64,000 nt of DNA from Camelus dromedarius (lineage: Eukaryota). The DNA is taken from positions 30,568,001 through 30,632,000 of the forward strand of contig NC_087437.1 of the NCBI RefSeq assembly GCF_036321535.1, in the 5' to 3' direction. The position numbers and the translations under genes were made by a program. Positions 25,633 to 37,199 of this stretch are shown one piece after another. The notes below the pieces were generated by a model that was given only the letters and a program-made list of their open reading frames with translations, was not told the DNA's origin and searched no databases. How positions within the stretch are numbered: the stretch's first letter is position 1; each line of letters starts with the position of its first letter.

Positions 25633-27713
25633 TCACAGTCTCAAGAGAAAATAAATTTCCGGCTTATCATCGCTGCTCGGCTCCGTCTGCAAAACGGAAT
25701 GATCGGAACAAAACTGGTCGGCGTGGCGGGCGCGCAGGGCTGCGCACGCGCCCTCGGGGATGCCGCGGCCCTCCACGCCGCCGCCTTTGGCGCTCCGCAG
25801 GTAGCCCGCGATGTACGAGCCGGTGGAGTGCCGGTTCCCGGCGGGCGCCGGCGCCGAGGGTTTGCTTCGGAGGACCACTCCTCCCACAGTGCCGGGGGTC
25901 ACACTTTTCTGCTTGTTGGCTTCCTGCTTTTCCTTGGCACGACTGGCAATATTGCGCACTCGGCTCTGACTCCTCGATGACAACTTCCTGACCAGCGCCC
26001 TGGGGAACTGACTGGCATCCTGCTTGGGAAACAGCACTTGGCAGCCTTCTTCCTGGTCAAAGGACACGAGCTTCCGCAGCTGCTCGGTCAGGGCATCCAT
26101 AGGCTCTAACGACTTTGTTCTCACAGTCACACCCTTCTTGTCTCTGATGCCAGTGGTAACGAAACTCTTACTAATACACTGGTACTTGCTCTCAAAATTG
26201 CAGGCGATGTCCTCCGATGTTAAGTCCCCCAGACTTTTGGATTTGCAAGGACTGGGCAGCTTCAGAGCAGGCAGAGGAGGGTGTGGGGACTTCTCAGGGG
26301 CAGGGGCATGCAGGTCTTGAACACTAGACAGAGGCCCAGAGGTCTGGTTCATTTTTGCATCTGAATTTGAGAAATGGTTATGCATAAAACCAGCACCCTG
26401 ATAGGCTAGTTGATAAGTATTTTGACTTTTGACATCTTGAATATTGTTGAATATTTCAGAAACAGAAGGGTGGAGAGTCTCTTTACAGTAGCCATTTCTC
26501 AAGCCTCTTTGGAAATGTTCCACTGCATCCTGACTGGACTTCAGTTTTAAAGGAGAAGCAAGGTGACTTGTGCCCTCTCTCCTATAGTCATAGGTTGTTA
26601 AAGACAGATTTTCTGAGTCTCCATCCACTTCCACGAGACTGCTCTCCCCAGAATTTAAACAGAGAGTAGGATCTGCTATTACATCTTCCAGTGTTAAGTC
26701 AGTGGAAGTGGCAGGGCTGCGGTTCTTCAGTATTTCCCAGTCTTTTCCATTGGTGGGACTTTTCGGTAACCAGGAGTGAGAAGTATTAGAGGACCGAGGC
26801 AGGTAATTCTCCACGGCCCCCGTCTTGGCCTTCCCAGGAAGGTCATCATCTGGTTTGGTTTTAGAGACAGGAGTGTAGATATTTTCACCAACAACTGTGT
26901 GTGTTGTGCATTCAGAGGTCTTGGGCCCCGAGAATGCAATCCGCTCAGGAGATGAGCACAAAAAGGATGACTCGGGTTTTCCACTGGAAAAGCCATGCTT
27001 GAAGGGCATTTTGAGGTCCATGGTGGGCAAGGGAGGATGGCCCAACACCACACTGGTGCTCTGAAGATGAGAAACAACTGTGAGGTTGGCCTGGTCGCTA
27101 GTCTCATCAAGCTGGCCAATCAGTGCTGAGATGGAACTGCCAGGCTCATTCTCATTTGTTAAAGTGACGTTGTCAATCAGATGGGAAATTTCACTCTCCT
27201 GCAGAATCGTGGTGGAATGCAAATCAGGTATGTCAGAACAAAGTGTAGAGACATCTGACAAAGAAAAAGATGTGGCAGCTCTGCCCTTGTCCCAGTTACC
27301 TCCCAGCTTCTTAATCTCCAGGTTGCTTTGAGAAAGGATGCTCCCTGACAGTGCACTTTGCCCTACCACAGAGTCCCTAGAATTCCCATTTTCCTTGGTT
27401 TTCATAACACCCAGATCCTGTGTTAGGCCCATTACAGGATCACGAGCCAAATGTTGCCTTGGGGAGAGAGATTTGTTGGGGTACTGGTGTTTCTCACAAT
27501 CACTTGACACATGTGACTTGGTTCTCCCGCTCTTAGGACCTGGTACCAACTGTTCTGTGACTGATAAGTTGGCAGCAGAAATGGCAGATTCCCCTTGGTT
27601 GATGTCTTTAAGGAGGAGAGCGCTGGAAGAAGAGGATGACTTTTTGTTGAAATTTGGGAAATGTTGGTTGTTGATACTTGCCTTCCCATCTCTTCTGCCA
27701 TCCTTATCTTCTG
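25633..27713 (-). CDS. PLCH1: PLCH1 terminal coding exon (long isoform), 2081 nt, Ser-rich tail ending SSDDKPEIYFLLRL
   Basis: Lies in the 697-aa ORF 25633..27726. Acceptor ttgtttgttttattcag|CAGAAG. Phase 1 from the previous exon gives (A)EDKDGRR. Contains the SKSKSLGDL-like motif (PCKSKSLGDLTSED). Stop TGA at 25635-25633. Confidence 0.96.
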
Positions 27714-28024
27714 CTGAATAAAACAAACAACATTTTAAGTGACATGCAGCATTTTACGTAGGACCTGCCAACACTCACGTTTGTCTTCAGACAGACAAAT
27801 GAAGAATGTAAATTTGTTACATCGTGACAAAATATAATTATGGATTGTGTAGATTTGCAACAAAGTGTCTGTGTGATGGATAAATGGTAAAATATATAGT
27901 AATTTCACTGAACCTTCCCTTTGAATAGCTATTACATCAGCTAAGGATGTAATATCCATTGTCAAAAAAATGTCAATGAGTTGCCATATTTTTACAGTGA
28001 AGATTACCTTATGTTGTTTCCTAT

Positions 28025-28035
28025 TCAGATTTGTA
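28025..28035 (-). CDS. PLCH1: PLCH1 alternative terminal coding segment (short isoform ending VQI)
   Basis: Acceptor tgtttttattgccatgcttctgtgtag|TACAAATCTGA. With the G from the upstream exon this reads GTA CAA ATC TGA = V-Q-I-stop, matching my recollection of the short PLC-eta1 C-terminus. Confidence 0.75.
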
Positions 28036-30202
28036 CTACACAGAAGCATGGCAATAAAAACAGAACAAGACAGCTCTGTTAAACAAACGATTGTGGTACC
28101 TGTAAGCAAGATACTGTAAGCTTTCAAAGTTATACACGTATTAGTTAAAAAAACACACAAATCATATCACTTTAAAAAACATGTTGGCAAAAGACTTAAT
28201 TTAACCAGTTAATTTCTAAAACAAATTGGAAGGTGCACTAAATCCATTAAAATGTCAGTATCTGTTGACTTTAAAATGTATAAATAAAAAACTGGTCACC
28301 AATTCTATGCCATTGCTAATATCTAATTTTCCATTAATCACCTTTTTTGGTTTTAAAATAAAACCTTCATTTGCATCCTCCCCTGAAAGAGGCAGTAAGC
28401 TATCAGGCACAGTAAGGAAAACTATAAAAAAAATACACAATTCAAAGTAACTTGGGGCACCCCATCATGTTTAGTGTAGTGCGAAGACAATATTAGATGC
28501 TCAAGTATTCTTAATCAGATTATTTTAATATTTTTATGTTTCAGTTACGAAAATCAAGAAGAATATGTTTAGCTTATTAAATATTTTCCTAACTAAAAAA
28601 AATTCATCATAAAAATTTGATAAACCCAAGAGTTTTAAGGGAAAATATAAATACTGTATGATGTTCTCAGAGATAGCTGCTGTAAGCTTTTGTAGAGGGA
28701 TGGGATTATGAAAAGAAATCTGTATTCTGAATTTCCTGCACTTAACATTTTTTCTACATGATAACTTGAATCATTGCATGGTTATGTACTGCTCCATATT
28801 TACCACAAGTTTTATAGGTATATATTCATTTATGTATTATTAAATATATTATACTATGTAGATGAATAACTAACTTATGTAACCTTTTTAAGAGGAGGAA
28901 GGAAATACCAACTATTGCTCTCTAACTCATCTTAAAGATATTAACATTTTAATTGTGGCATTAACAGGATTAATTATATTAATTATTACCAATTTCTATT
29001 GCTTCATTTTCCCCCAAAATGGAGTTTCTTATAATTATATATTTATAAAATAGTTTATTTTTCCCCAAAATGGAGTTTTGAAAGAAATTCTAAAGCACAT
29101 ATTTCATTTCTTCTCTGATACTGCTGTTAGCAAAATTTCAAACTTCTAAACTCCCTTTTTCTCCTTCAAACAAACCATTCAGAAATTGGTTTGTTTCCCT
29201 AGACTATCTTACAATAAAAATCAATACAAGCCAACAGGACTTTGTGAGAAAGTAGATCATTGAAATTAGATTGTATGATGAAAGAATTCTGCTAAAAGAA
29301 ATACAAAGTATCATGTTCTACTGTCTGAGATGATTTTGATTTAATTAAAACTTATTTGTTGCAGAGACATCTAATGGACACAGTTCTGATACCCAAATTA
29401 ACTAAAATATGGTGGGGGGAAGGAGTTAAGACACAAGGCAAGAGCTCCTTGGTACACTGTAAAGCAGGCATCACTCGTGATCAAGTGCTTGATATGAGTG
29501 AAGCATTATGTTCAAGTTAGGGGAAAAGATGGGTAACGCCTGGTCCCTATGCTTGAGGAGTTACAACTGGACAGGAGCTGCAGACAGGCTTCTTTCCCTG
29601 CCAACATTCAGGGCTCAGGGAAAGGCGGCCACAGGAAAACACTGAATAAGTTACTTCCTGAGGAAGCCAAGCTTTCTCAAGTGAAGAAGATGGCTTACTT
29701 TTAACATCTGGCTTTTCCTCTTTCTCCATCAACATTTTCAATTGTGGAAACATGTTATGTGGTGGGAAAGAATATAACTAGATTCAACTTCAGAAAAGTC
29801 AATATAATTCTAAACAACCTCAGAACAATCAGTAAGAATGGTGCCCACGTAGACAACCATGATCTCCACTGGTATCTGCAGGTCTCTCCCTCCGTCTTCT
29901 GTACCCCACAGACCCGTAGGCTCCACGCCATTACACCTGGTCTCGCACTGCCAGTTTCCCTTATCCCTCACTGTCAGTTTCAGATGTCAGTGGTATTTTG
30001 AGGTTTTAGGAGACTAGGAAATAGCTCTTCTACCACTTTCCTTCCAAAGGCTAAAATCTGGTCTGAAAGTTAACATTACAAATTACTGATTTTTCAGTAT
30101 ATTTTACTTTGACTACCAACTGTCAGCCATGTCATGATGGTAATCAGGGACCAAAATGTGGCTTAGAGGGGTATATTCTTAGAGAAACTTCAAACATCTT
30201 AC

Positions 30203-30557
30203 CCAGAGCTTTCTCGTTTCCTTCGGTGTCTTTTGCTGTTTCAGAGACAGGCAGCGACAAAGCCCCCAGAAGACTTCTGTCAACAGGCATGGACACAGGG
30301 CGCGCTTGCAGACTCCGTGTGGTCCTTCTCAGGACACTGTCCTGATCTCTTGCAGCCTCAGACACAGAATCCTTTATCTCTACCATCTCTTGGAAGCCCG
30401 TTTTGCTCTTTTTCCTTCCTTTGGCTGGAGCACTAGCTGTGCGTCGCAGAATCTTATCTCCAATTGATCGCTTCCGAACGTAATGGGAGCTGCTTTCTGA
30501 AGAACAGTGCCTGGGGTTCTTATTGAACAGCCCCTTTAGACCTTGGAGCTGTCTGTT
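30203..30557 (-). CDS. PLCH1: PLCH1 penultimate coding exon, 355 nt, phase 0-1
   Basis: Acceptor tttgtatcttcag|AAC and donor CTGG|gtaag. Translates NRQLQGLKGLFNKNPRH...ILRRTASAPAKGRKKSK...KDTEGNEKAL, within ORF 30144..30731. Confidence 0.95.
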
Positions 30558-30991
30558 CTGAAGATACAAAAGGACCAACCACAAGTTAAGCAAATGCCAC
30601 TGTCTCAACCGCTTGCCTTTTAGAATGACAGCTCCGTGAAAAATGGATATGAAACAAAACCTCACAGCCACTGAAGGATATTCAAACCAAGCAAACAGGT
30701 GCTCGCAGCATGTTTGCACAACGTCATGCACGATTCGTCAACCTGATTTTGTGAGGAAGGCAGCCTCCCATGTTCACAACCAGGATTTCCGGGAAGTTTC
30801 TTGCCCAAAGATGACAAGATGGTAGGAAAAGTGTCCACAGTTAGCAGACTGTTATGAACTTCAGCCGTCTTAAAGCAACAGAGGCATGTTTTGAAGTGGT
30901 AAGCAGGAAAATGGAGCAAGGTGAGAGCATGCCGCCATGACCAGTCAAAGAGAAAGACACCAGCAAGAACAAAGCACCATGCTGAGACTAC

Positions 30992-31051
30992 CTTTGTAGC
31001 TCCTAGAAAGTGCAATATAGTGTAACTGGGGTTGAGTATTAAAGGGCTCCA
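30992..31051 (-). CDS. PLCH1: PLCH1 60-nt symmetric (phase 0-0) exon, probably a cassette exon
   Basis: Acceptor ttcttccccccttgcag|TGG and donor AAG|gtagt. Translates WSPLILNPSYTILHFLGATK, which I recall in the long PLCH1 isoform between IYGK and NRQLQG. Confidence 0.85.
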
Positions 31052-32584
31052 CTGCAAGGGGGGAAGAAAAGCACAACAAAACACAATTTGGGCTCATTCA
31101 AGAAGGTTGCACAAGTAAAAACAGAAGGAAAAAAACCCACATATGTTCTATAAACTCTTTCTCCCACTATTGGTGATTTTTGGACATAGGTTCATTCATT
31201 GCTCGACTCACCACCACCACGCTGTGGTCTATGCATCTCAACCCAAACACATCTTGAAAGTAATTAATAGTACAACTTCCACGCAGACATTTAATAGAAC
31301 ACACAATTCCTATAGAACATTATATTTTTCATATGTTATTTCTGGCTCAAGTTTTAAACAAACTCTGAATTTTATTATTTCCCTCGAGCATGATAAATGC
31401 TAGAGAGGCTGCTTAGTTAGCTTGGAATTCCTAGAAATTCAAGAATCACTTTTCAATCATTTACATTTGTGTGTGTTCAGGCCAGAGGGGAGATCCCAAC
31501 AAGCAGCACAAACAACCCAGGGCCAAACACAGAAAGTCATGGTATAAAACTTCATCACTCTTAGAAATTAGGATCCTTAGCACCTCACCTCTCCCAACTG
31601 AGGGATGTTAAGGATAAACATGTACTTCCTATATCAGGCTGAATTGGCTCACTCCCTACCAGCTGGATTGTAGCCTTAATAATATTAATATTAGCCAACA
31701 TTTTTGAGCATTTACTATGTGCCAGGCAGCCTTTTAAGGATAACATATTTGTTTACGAAGTAGGTATTATTTCCGCCCCACAGGTAGAGATACGGAAGGT
31801 GAGGCCTAGAGAATGTATGTACCTCTGGAGGGGAAGCTCCAGGCTATGGAGACTTTCTGATAAAGAGCATTGGACATTCCTGAACCCGCCTCAAAGTTAC
31901 AGTCCCTCCAAATCACATCTAGTCCTAAAAATTGATTCCAGGGGCCACGTCCCCTTGGACACGTCCCCCCTTGCCAGAGGACATCCTATTGATTTATAAA
32001 CCACAAGTGAGTTCTGTGATGAAGAACTCAGCATCAGGAGAGAGCTACAATACACTTTTCTGGTCTCTTAAGTCCGGTAGGTGGCTTTAAATCCATTCAT
32101 GAGGTTTAGATTTTCAGTTAAATACCTCGGCACTACACGAATGCATCCTGCCTAGAACCGGCTGGGATCACAGCCCACGTTAGTACAGGCAGTTCAAACA
32201 TTTGAGACTGCATTTCCCACTGCAGCCAGCTGGGTCTCTTTAAGGATGAAAATAAAATTCAAATATGTAACTCTGTCTTTACCGTTTTAGTCAAACAAAT
32301 GATCACCTGAGAGCATCATAGTTTTCTCAATTCTGTTAAGCCCAGAGAGGGCCTCTAGGTGGAAGGAATGAGTACACATCCCTAAAGAGAGAAAGGAGCA
32401 TGCATGGATGGGGACCTGGAGGCAGGAGAGCACACGGAGCAGAGTGGGCTGGGTTTCCCTAGAGTTTTCTGTTAAAGAACAGCTTGTCGAGCTATACATT
32501 CCTTTTATGCAATTAGTTAAAGAAAACTTTGTGAAGGACCATATTATTGTCACATGTGGCTTTAAGCCTTGTGATCTTTCTCAC

Positions 32585-32664
32585 CTTTCCGTAGATTTCA
32601 TTGATGGTTATGTGGACAAATATGGATGCTTCCGTCAGTCCTTCCAAATAGACATGCCGGTAGC
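32585..32664 (-). CDS. PLCH1: PLCH1 coding exon (end of C2 domain), 80 nt, phase 1-0
   Basis: Acceptor tttatcag|GC and donor AAG|gtgag. Translates (G)YRHVYLEGLTEASIFVHITINEIYGK, with the PLC GYRH motif. Confidence 0.96.
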
Positions 32665-32918
32665 CTGATAAAAGTAGAGAGAGTAGTTACCTTTTAGTTG
32701 AACTTGCATTTGACTTTCCCATTGGTGCAACAAAATTAAATATCTGACTTTAGTTCTTTACATTTCACAAAGTATGTTAACACTCTCATTATCACAGGAC
32801 ATATGTTTTATACATCATATATGCCACATAGCCTGTATATCACATATCAGATTTTAACTCTTCCAAAGAAAAAGAAATGGTCAGTCTAGAAAGAAAAGCA
32901 CCCCCACCCCATACTTAC

Positions 32919-33065
32919 CAGGCACTAAGCTGCTGAAGGTCACAGTTCTTTGCCCAACAAAGTCTCTTCCAATAGGATCGTGATCCCACACAAGGAACCG
33001 AACCAAAGCTATTTCTGGCATGTGTACTGTAAATGTCAGCGTTTCTTCCCACATAGGGTTAAAGC
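32919..33065 (-). CDS. PLCH1: PLCH1 coding exon (C2 domain), 147 nt, phase 1-1
   Basis: Acceptor tttctctgag|GC and donor G|gtaagt. Translates (G)FNPMWEETLTFTVHMPEIALVRFLVWDHDPIGRDFVGQRTVTFSSLVP. Confidence 0.96.
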
Positions 33066-34995
33066 CTCAGAGAAATAGGAAAAGAAAAATTAGAAAAGCA
33101 AAGGGCTTGGCTAAAAATGATTTAGCAGTAACATCTGCAAAACAGACAGTGAAAATTGCTCACAATGGTTATTAAACTCATGAAGACGGCCAAGCCACCC
33201 TGGGATGCCTTACTGAAATACAGCCTTGGAATTCACCCCATTGCTTGAAAATAATTGGGAAGAAAATTGCCTGTAAATTGTTATATCAATTCTGATAATC
33301 TTTAATGCCAAATTGCATTGTAGAGGAAGCTCTTTTAGACAATATTCAGCATGTTTCAATAAGCTCAAAAAATTATCTACAGTAGTGATCTAAGAATAAT
33401 GTTTTAGCAAAAACAAAGAATTTCTCTCCCCCACCCCCACCCCACCCAAATAGAGTGATGCTTCTCACCCACCCAAGATCCTGCTGCTGCAATGACCACC
33501 AGCAAGTGTTTTGTAAGGTTTCAGTGCTATTGTACATAGAACATCCTATCTAATGCTTACGGCAATCCTCTAAGGGTGGCAGGGCAGGAGTTTTTTTTTT
33601 TTTCTAATTAATATATATATTACTGACTTCCAAAAATATATAACTTTTAAAAATTACACAGGTAACTCATGCTCAGTTTTTAAAAGTAGGAAATATAATT
33701 TTTGCTTTATAGTTGAGAAAATTGATGTTCAGAGAAAATACTGTGCCTAGTGTCATACAACTAGTGACCGAGCCAAATGAGACCAGGCACTATTGATTTC
33801 CAGTGGCCTCTCATGAAGCAAGACCTTAATACACAAAAGGTGATCTATCTTCATAGCTATTGAAAATAAAGAGGAAAGGTTTATAATCCAACTCAAATTC
33901 TAAAAGGCAAACATATATTTATTTCTTGATAAAACTCAGAATAATTATATAAACTGATAAAAATTCAAGTATTCTGTAAGCTTGCTTTTCTTTTCTAAAA
34001 ATGAAAATTAGTATCATTAAATCTATGCATTCCAGAGGTATCAGCCACTTAACCCTATTAAATGTCTCAGCTAATGAATTCTGGACTGAAAATCATTGAG
34101 ATGTCCCTCCTGAATAAGAGAAGAGATACTTTTTGTTGGGTTAATGATGGCATCTCAATTACCTCTAAGACCAAAAAGAAAAAAATTATTGAGCATTGGC
34201 CGGAATATACAGTATGGGAAGTTTGCTCACTTTAAGTATGTTATTTCCTAAGTAATAGGTTTGTGCTCTTGAACCCCCAAATTCCTTTCCTTAAACTCCT
34301 CTTAAGTTCTCTCTACAAAAACTCTTAATTTCCCAAACATTTTGAGGATTATGGTTTAGATTTTCTTTAGAGTATTAATGACTAGAGGATTGAGAAAAAC
34401 TGGCAAGCAAAATAATGTTTGTAAATGTACGAATACATACAACTTTAGAAGATTACTAAGAGAAAAACACGAGGCTTGAGTAAAGAAAGCTTTCTTTACA
34501 TTACGGCCAAAACACAAGGAGAATGCGCCCATCCACCACAAGTACGTCATCAAGAAGCAAACTTGCCAGAGCATGCCGCACTCGCCTTTAGAGCTCTGCA
34601 TGCTCAGAGAGGATGAGAGCTCATCAGGATGTGGGCTTCACAAATGAGAACTCTGAGGCTACTCGTGTCATGAAAACAACATAAAAATATAACGAGAGTC
34701 ATTTCCTGCATGAATCCTTAACCCAGGTGTGTAAATATTACCCATTCATTTCACTGGAAAAAAATATTTGCTTCAAAAGCAAAAGTCTTGAGAGGCTAGA
34801 TTACAACATCCATCAAAATGTACAATGCATCAATTCCACATTTACTTAGGGTGATGTGTCGAAAATCTTAACAAAACTCAAATGGCAGCTACAGATTTTA
34901 GAGATTTGTTTCTCTCCCGTGTAGACAACTTTTTTCAGTGCAGATTTTATTTCTAGAGCATCCTTATTAAAAGGGAACACAGATTATAATCTTAC

Positions 34996-35080
34996 CATTG
35001 TCATCTACCACACGAGTCTGATCTTTACAACAATCTACTGGCAATCCGATAATTTCAACTTCAACAAAAGGATCAATGAT
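34996..35080 (-). CDS. PLCH1: PLCH1 coding exon (C2 domain), 85 nt, phase 0-1
   Basis: Acceptor ttcatatag|ATC and donor G|gtaag. Translates IIDPFVEVEIIGLPVDCCKDQTRVVDDN. Confidence 0.96.
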
Positions 35081-35319
35081 CTATATGAATAAAGAGAGAA
35101 TATTACTACAACTGATACGTCTCTGCCCATGTTAATTTTAAAGTATTGGCCAAAATGTCCACATATCAACTGCAACCCATTTAATTAGGTGCTTACTAAG
35201 AAAGAGAAATTGTACTAGGTACAACAGGTTCAGATAGATGAGACAGAAAGAAAAGAATACATTTTTATTTGCCAATGTCTACTAATGCTATATAAACGTC
35301 CCCTGACGAACTTACAACT

Positions 35320-35825
35320 CTAGTTCAGGGTATATATCCAGCGGAAATGAGAGCTTCTGTCTGTGCACAAATGCTCAGAGGAGGTGAATTCATAATAGTC
35401 ACACACTGAAACAACCTAAATGTCTATCAAGAGTAGGACGGATAAATTTTGGAATATTTATTTAATGAGTACTACACAACAATGAAGAAGTAACAAAGTT
35501 CTGCTGCACAGACATGATGTTGAACAAGCCAGACACAGAAAGAGTACATACTGTCAGAGTCCATTTAGAGGAAGTTTGAGCACAGATTGAATTAATCTAT
35601 CATGACAGGGGCTGGTTTTCAAAGAGGGTGGGGGGTTAGGAGTAGGTATCGACTAGGAGGGCAGATGGAAGCCTTCTGGGGGTTCTGGATATGTTCTGTC
35701 TTGCTCTGGGTTACATAATAATTAATCACATCATTCACATTTGATTTGTGCACTTTAATGTGGTTAAATCAATTGTGTACTATGATGTAAATTTCAAAGT
35801 ATTTAAAAATTAAAAGATTAAAAAG
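35320..35825 (+). mobile_element. L1ME-like 3' fragment
   Basis: ctgaaacaacctaaatgtctatcaagagtaggacggataaat...aagccagacacagaaagagtacatactg. Confidence 0.65.
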
Positions 35826-37199
35826 TAATCTAAAGAAAAAATGTGTTTGGCTCCTCTCCCCCTGCCCCTGCCGACCTCCTGCCTACCCCGCATCCCCTCT
35901 AGTCTAAGGGGAGGGGTCCCACTTTGTTGGTCATCTGTCAGCGTTCCTTCACCGCGCCAGTTCTGGATAATGTGCAATGAAGGAATAACCTCCTAAAGTA
36001 CCCAGAAAAGAGAGTCATGAAGTCCAGGAAAACATTTTCAGAAGCTTGGAAAGTAAGGAGAAGACAGTTTCAGGGGGAGCTTCAGGGAATAAGAGCCAGA
36101 GTTATGATGGAAAAACACTTTGAGACAGGAGGATACACATTTTTTTTTGTTTACTAAGTAAACCACAGTTAAATTATACTCATTTTCAGCTAATTCTTTT
36201 ATGCTAAAAGTCTTTCCTTAGCATAGAACCCCATGGTAAAACTGTTGCCATTGGGGATCTTGGATTTTGGGGGGCAATAACAAATATGAATTCTGTTCTT
36301 AAGGAATTTAAGAGGCTTAATTTAAAAGGAAGTTAGGATGTCACAGGCTTGAAGAATAACTTGCTGCTTCAACACTTGGCTCCTGTGCTGGACTCGGGCA
36401 GGTGGTGTAACCCTGTGCTTCAGGTGTCTCATCTGTAAACCTGAGGTAGCAGTGTCTGCTTCACCAGACGGTAACCTAGACTATGGGCTAGAAGGATGCA
36501 ACAGGGTGGTGAAGCAAGACTGGGAAGAGATACGGGAGACAGAATGTCCAGGAGATGATAAGTGAGGAGATGGGGAGAGTAGAGAAAAGGGGAAAACTAA
36601 AGATGACAATCAATTTTCTGATTAGGAGCAAGAAGAAAATCTTATTTCATCAGAATATGAACAATGTGAGAGATCACAGGCTGAGAATTCAGAGTTCCCA
36701 GATAGGGGAAAAAACTGTATTTTTATTAGCCTCTGACTACAGCACAAACAGTAAATATTAGTGCTATGATCCCGTGTCGGACAGAAGTCACAGACGCTTC
36801 CAGGCCACACTATGATCGCTGGAGAAATCTCCATGTATCGCCTATACTCATCCAAACTTCAAAATCCTAATAGTCACTAGACCCGTCTCTAGATCCTGCT
36901 GTTTACTGCATTCGTAGACACATGTCCTCATACATCACAAATTGTTTTCAATATGTTGATACGTGAATTTCAATGTAGTTGATTTCCTGTGTAGCCCTAT
37001 CTATTTTACTGTGTGTATTTAAAAACATTATTTTGAGAAGGGGTCCAAAGGACTCATCAGACACCAAAGGGGTTCTATGGCTCAAAAAAAAGTTAAAATC
37101 TCCAGACAGAGAACCTCATAGGCCAAGATAAGGAGGGTACCTTTTTATTTTAGTTACAAAAGAAAGATACTTCTTATACATTTAAAAGATTACTCTAAC

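Noticed and set aside
25591..27721. Plus-strand and alternate-frame ORFs (25591..25980, 26024..26320, 26727..27119, 27080..27331, 27338..27721)
   Set aside because: Shadows of the PLCH1 terminal exon, lengthened by high GC content.
27735..28160. 141-aa minus-strand ORF upstream of the terminal exon
   Set aside because: It is out of frame with the VQI acceptor and has the composition of AT-rich intron or UTR.
29547..29753. 68-aa minus-strand ORF as an extra PLCH1 exon
   Set aside because: The nearby AGs that I tested hit early stops in the phase supplied by the 30203 donor.
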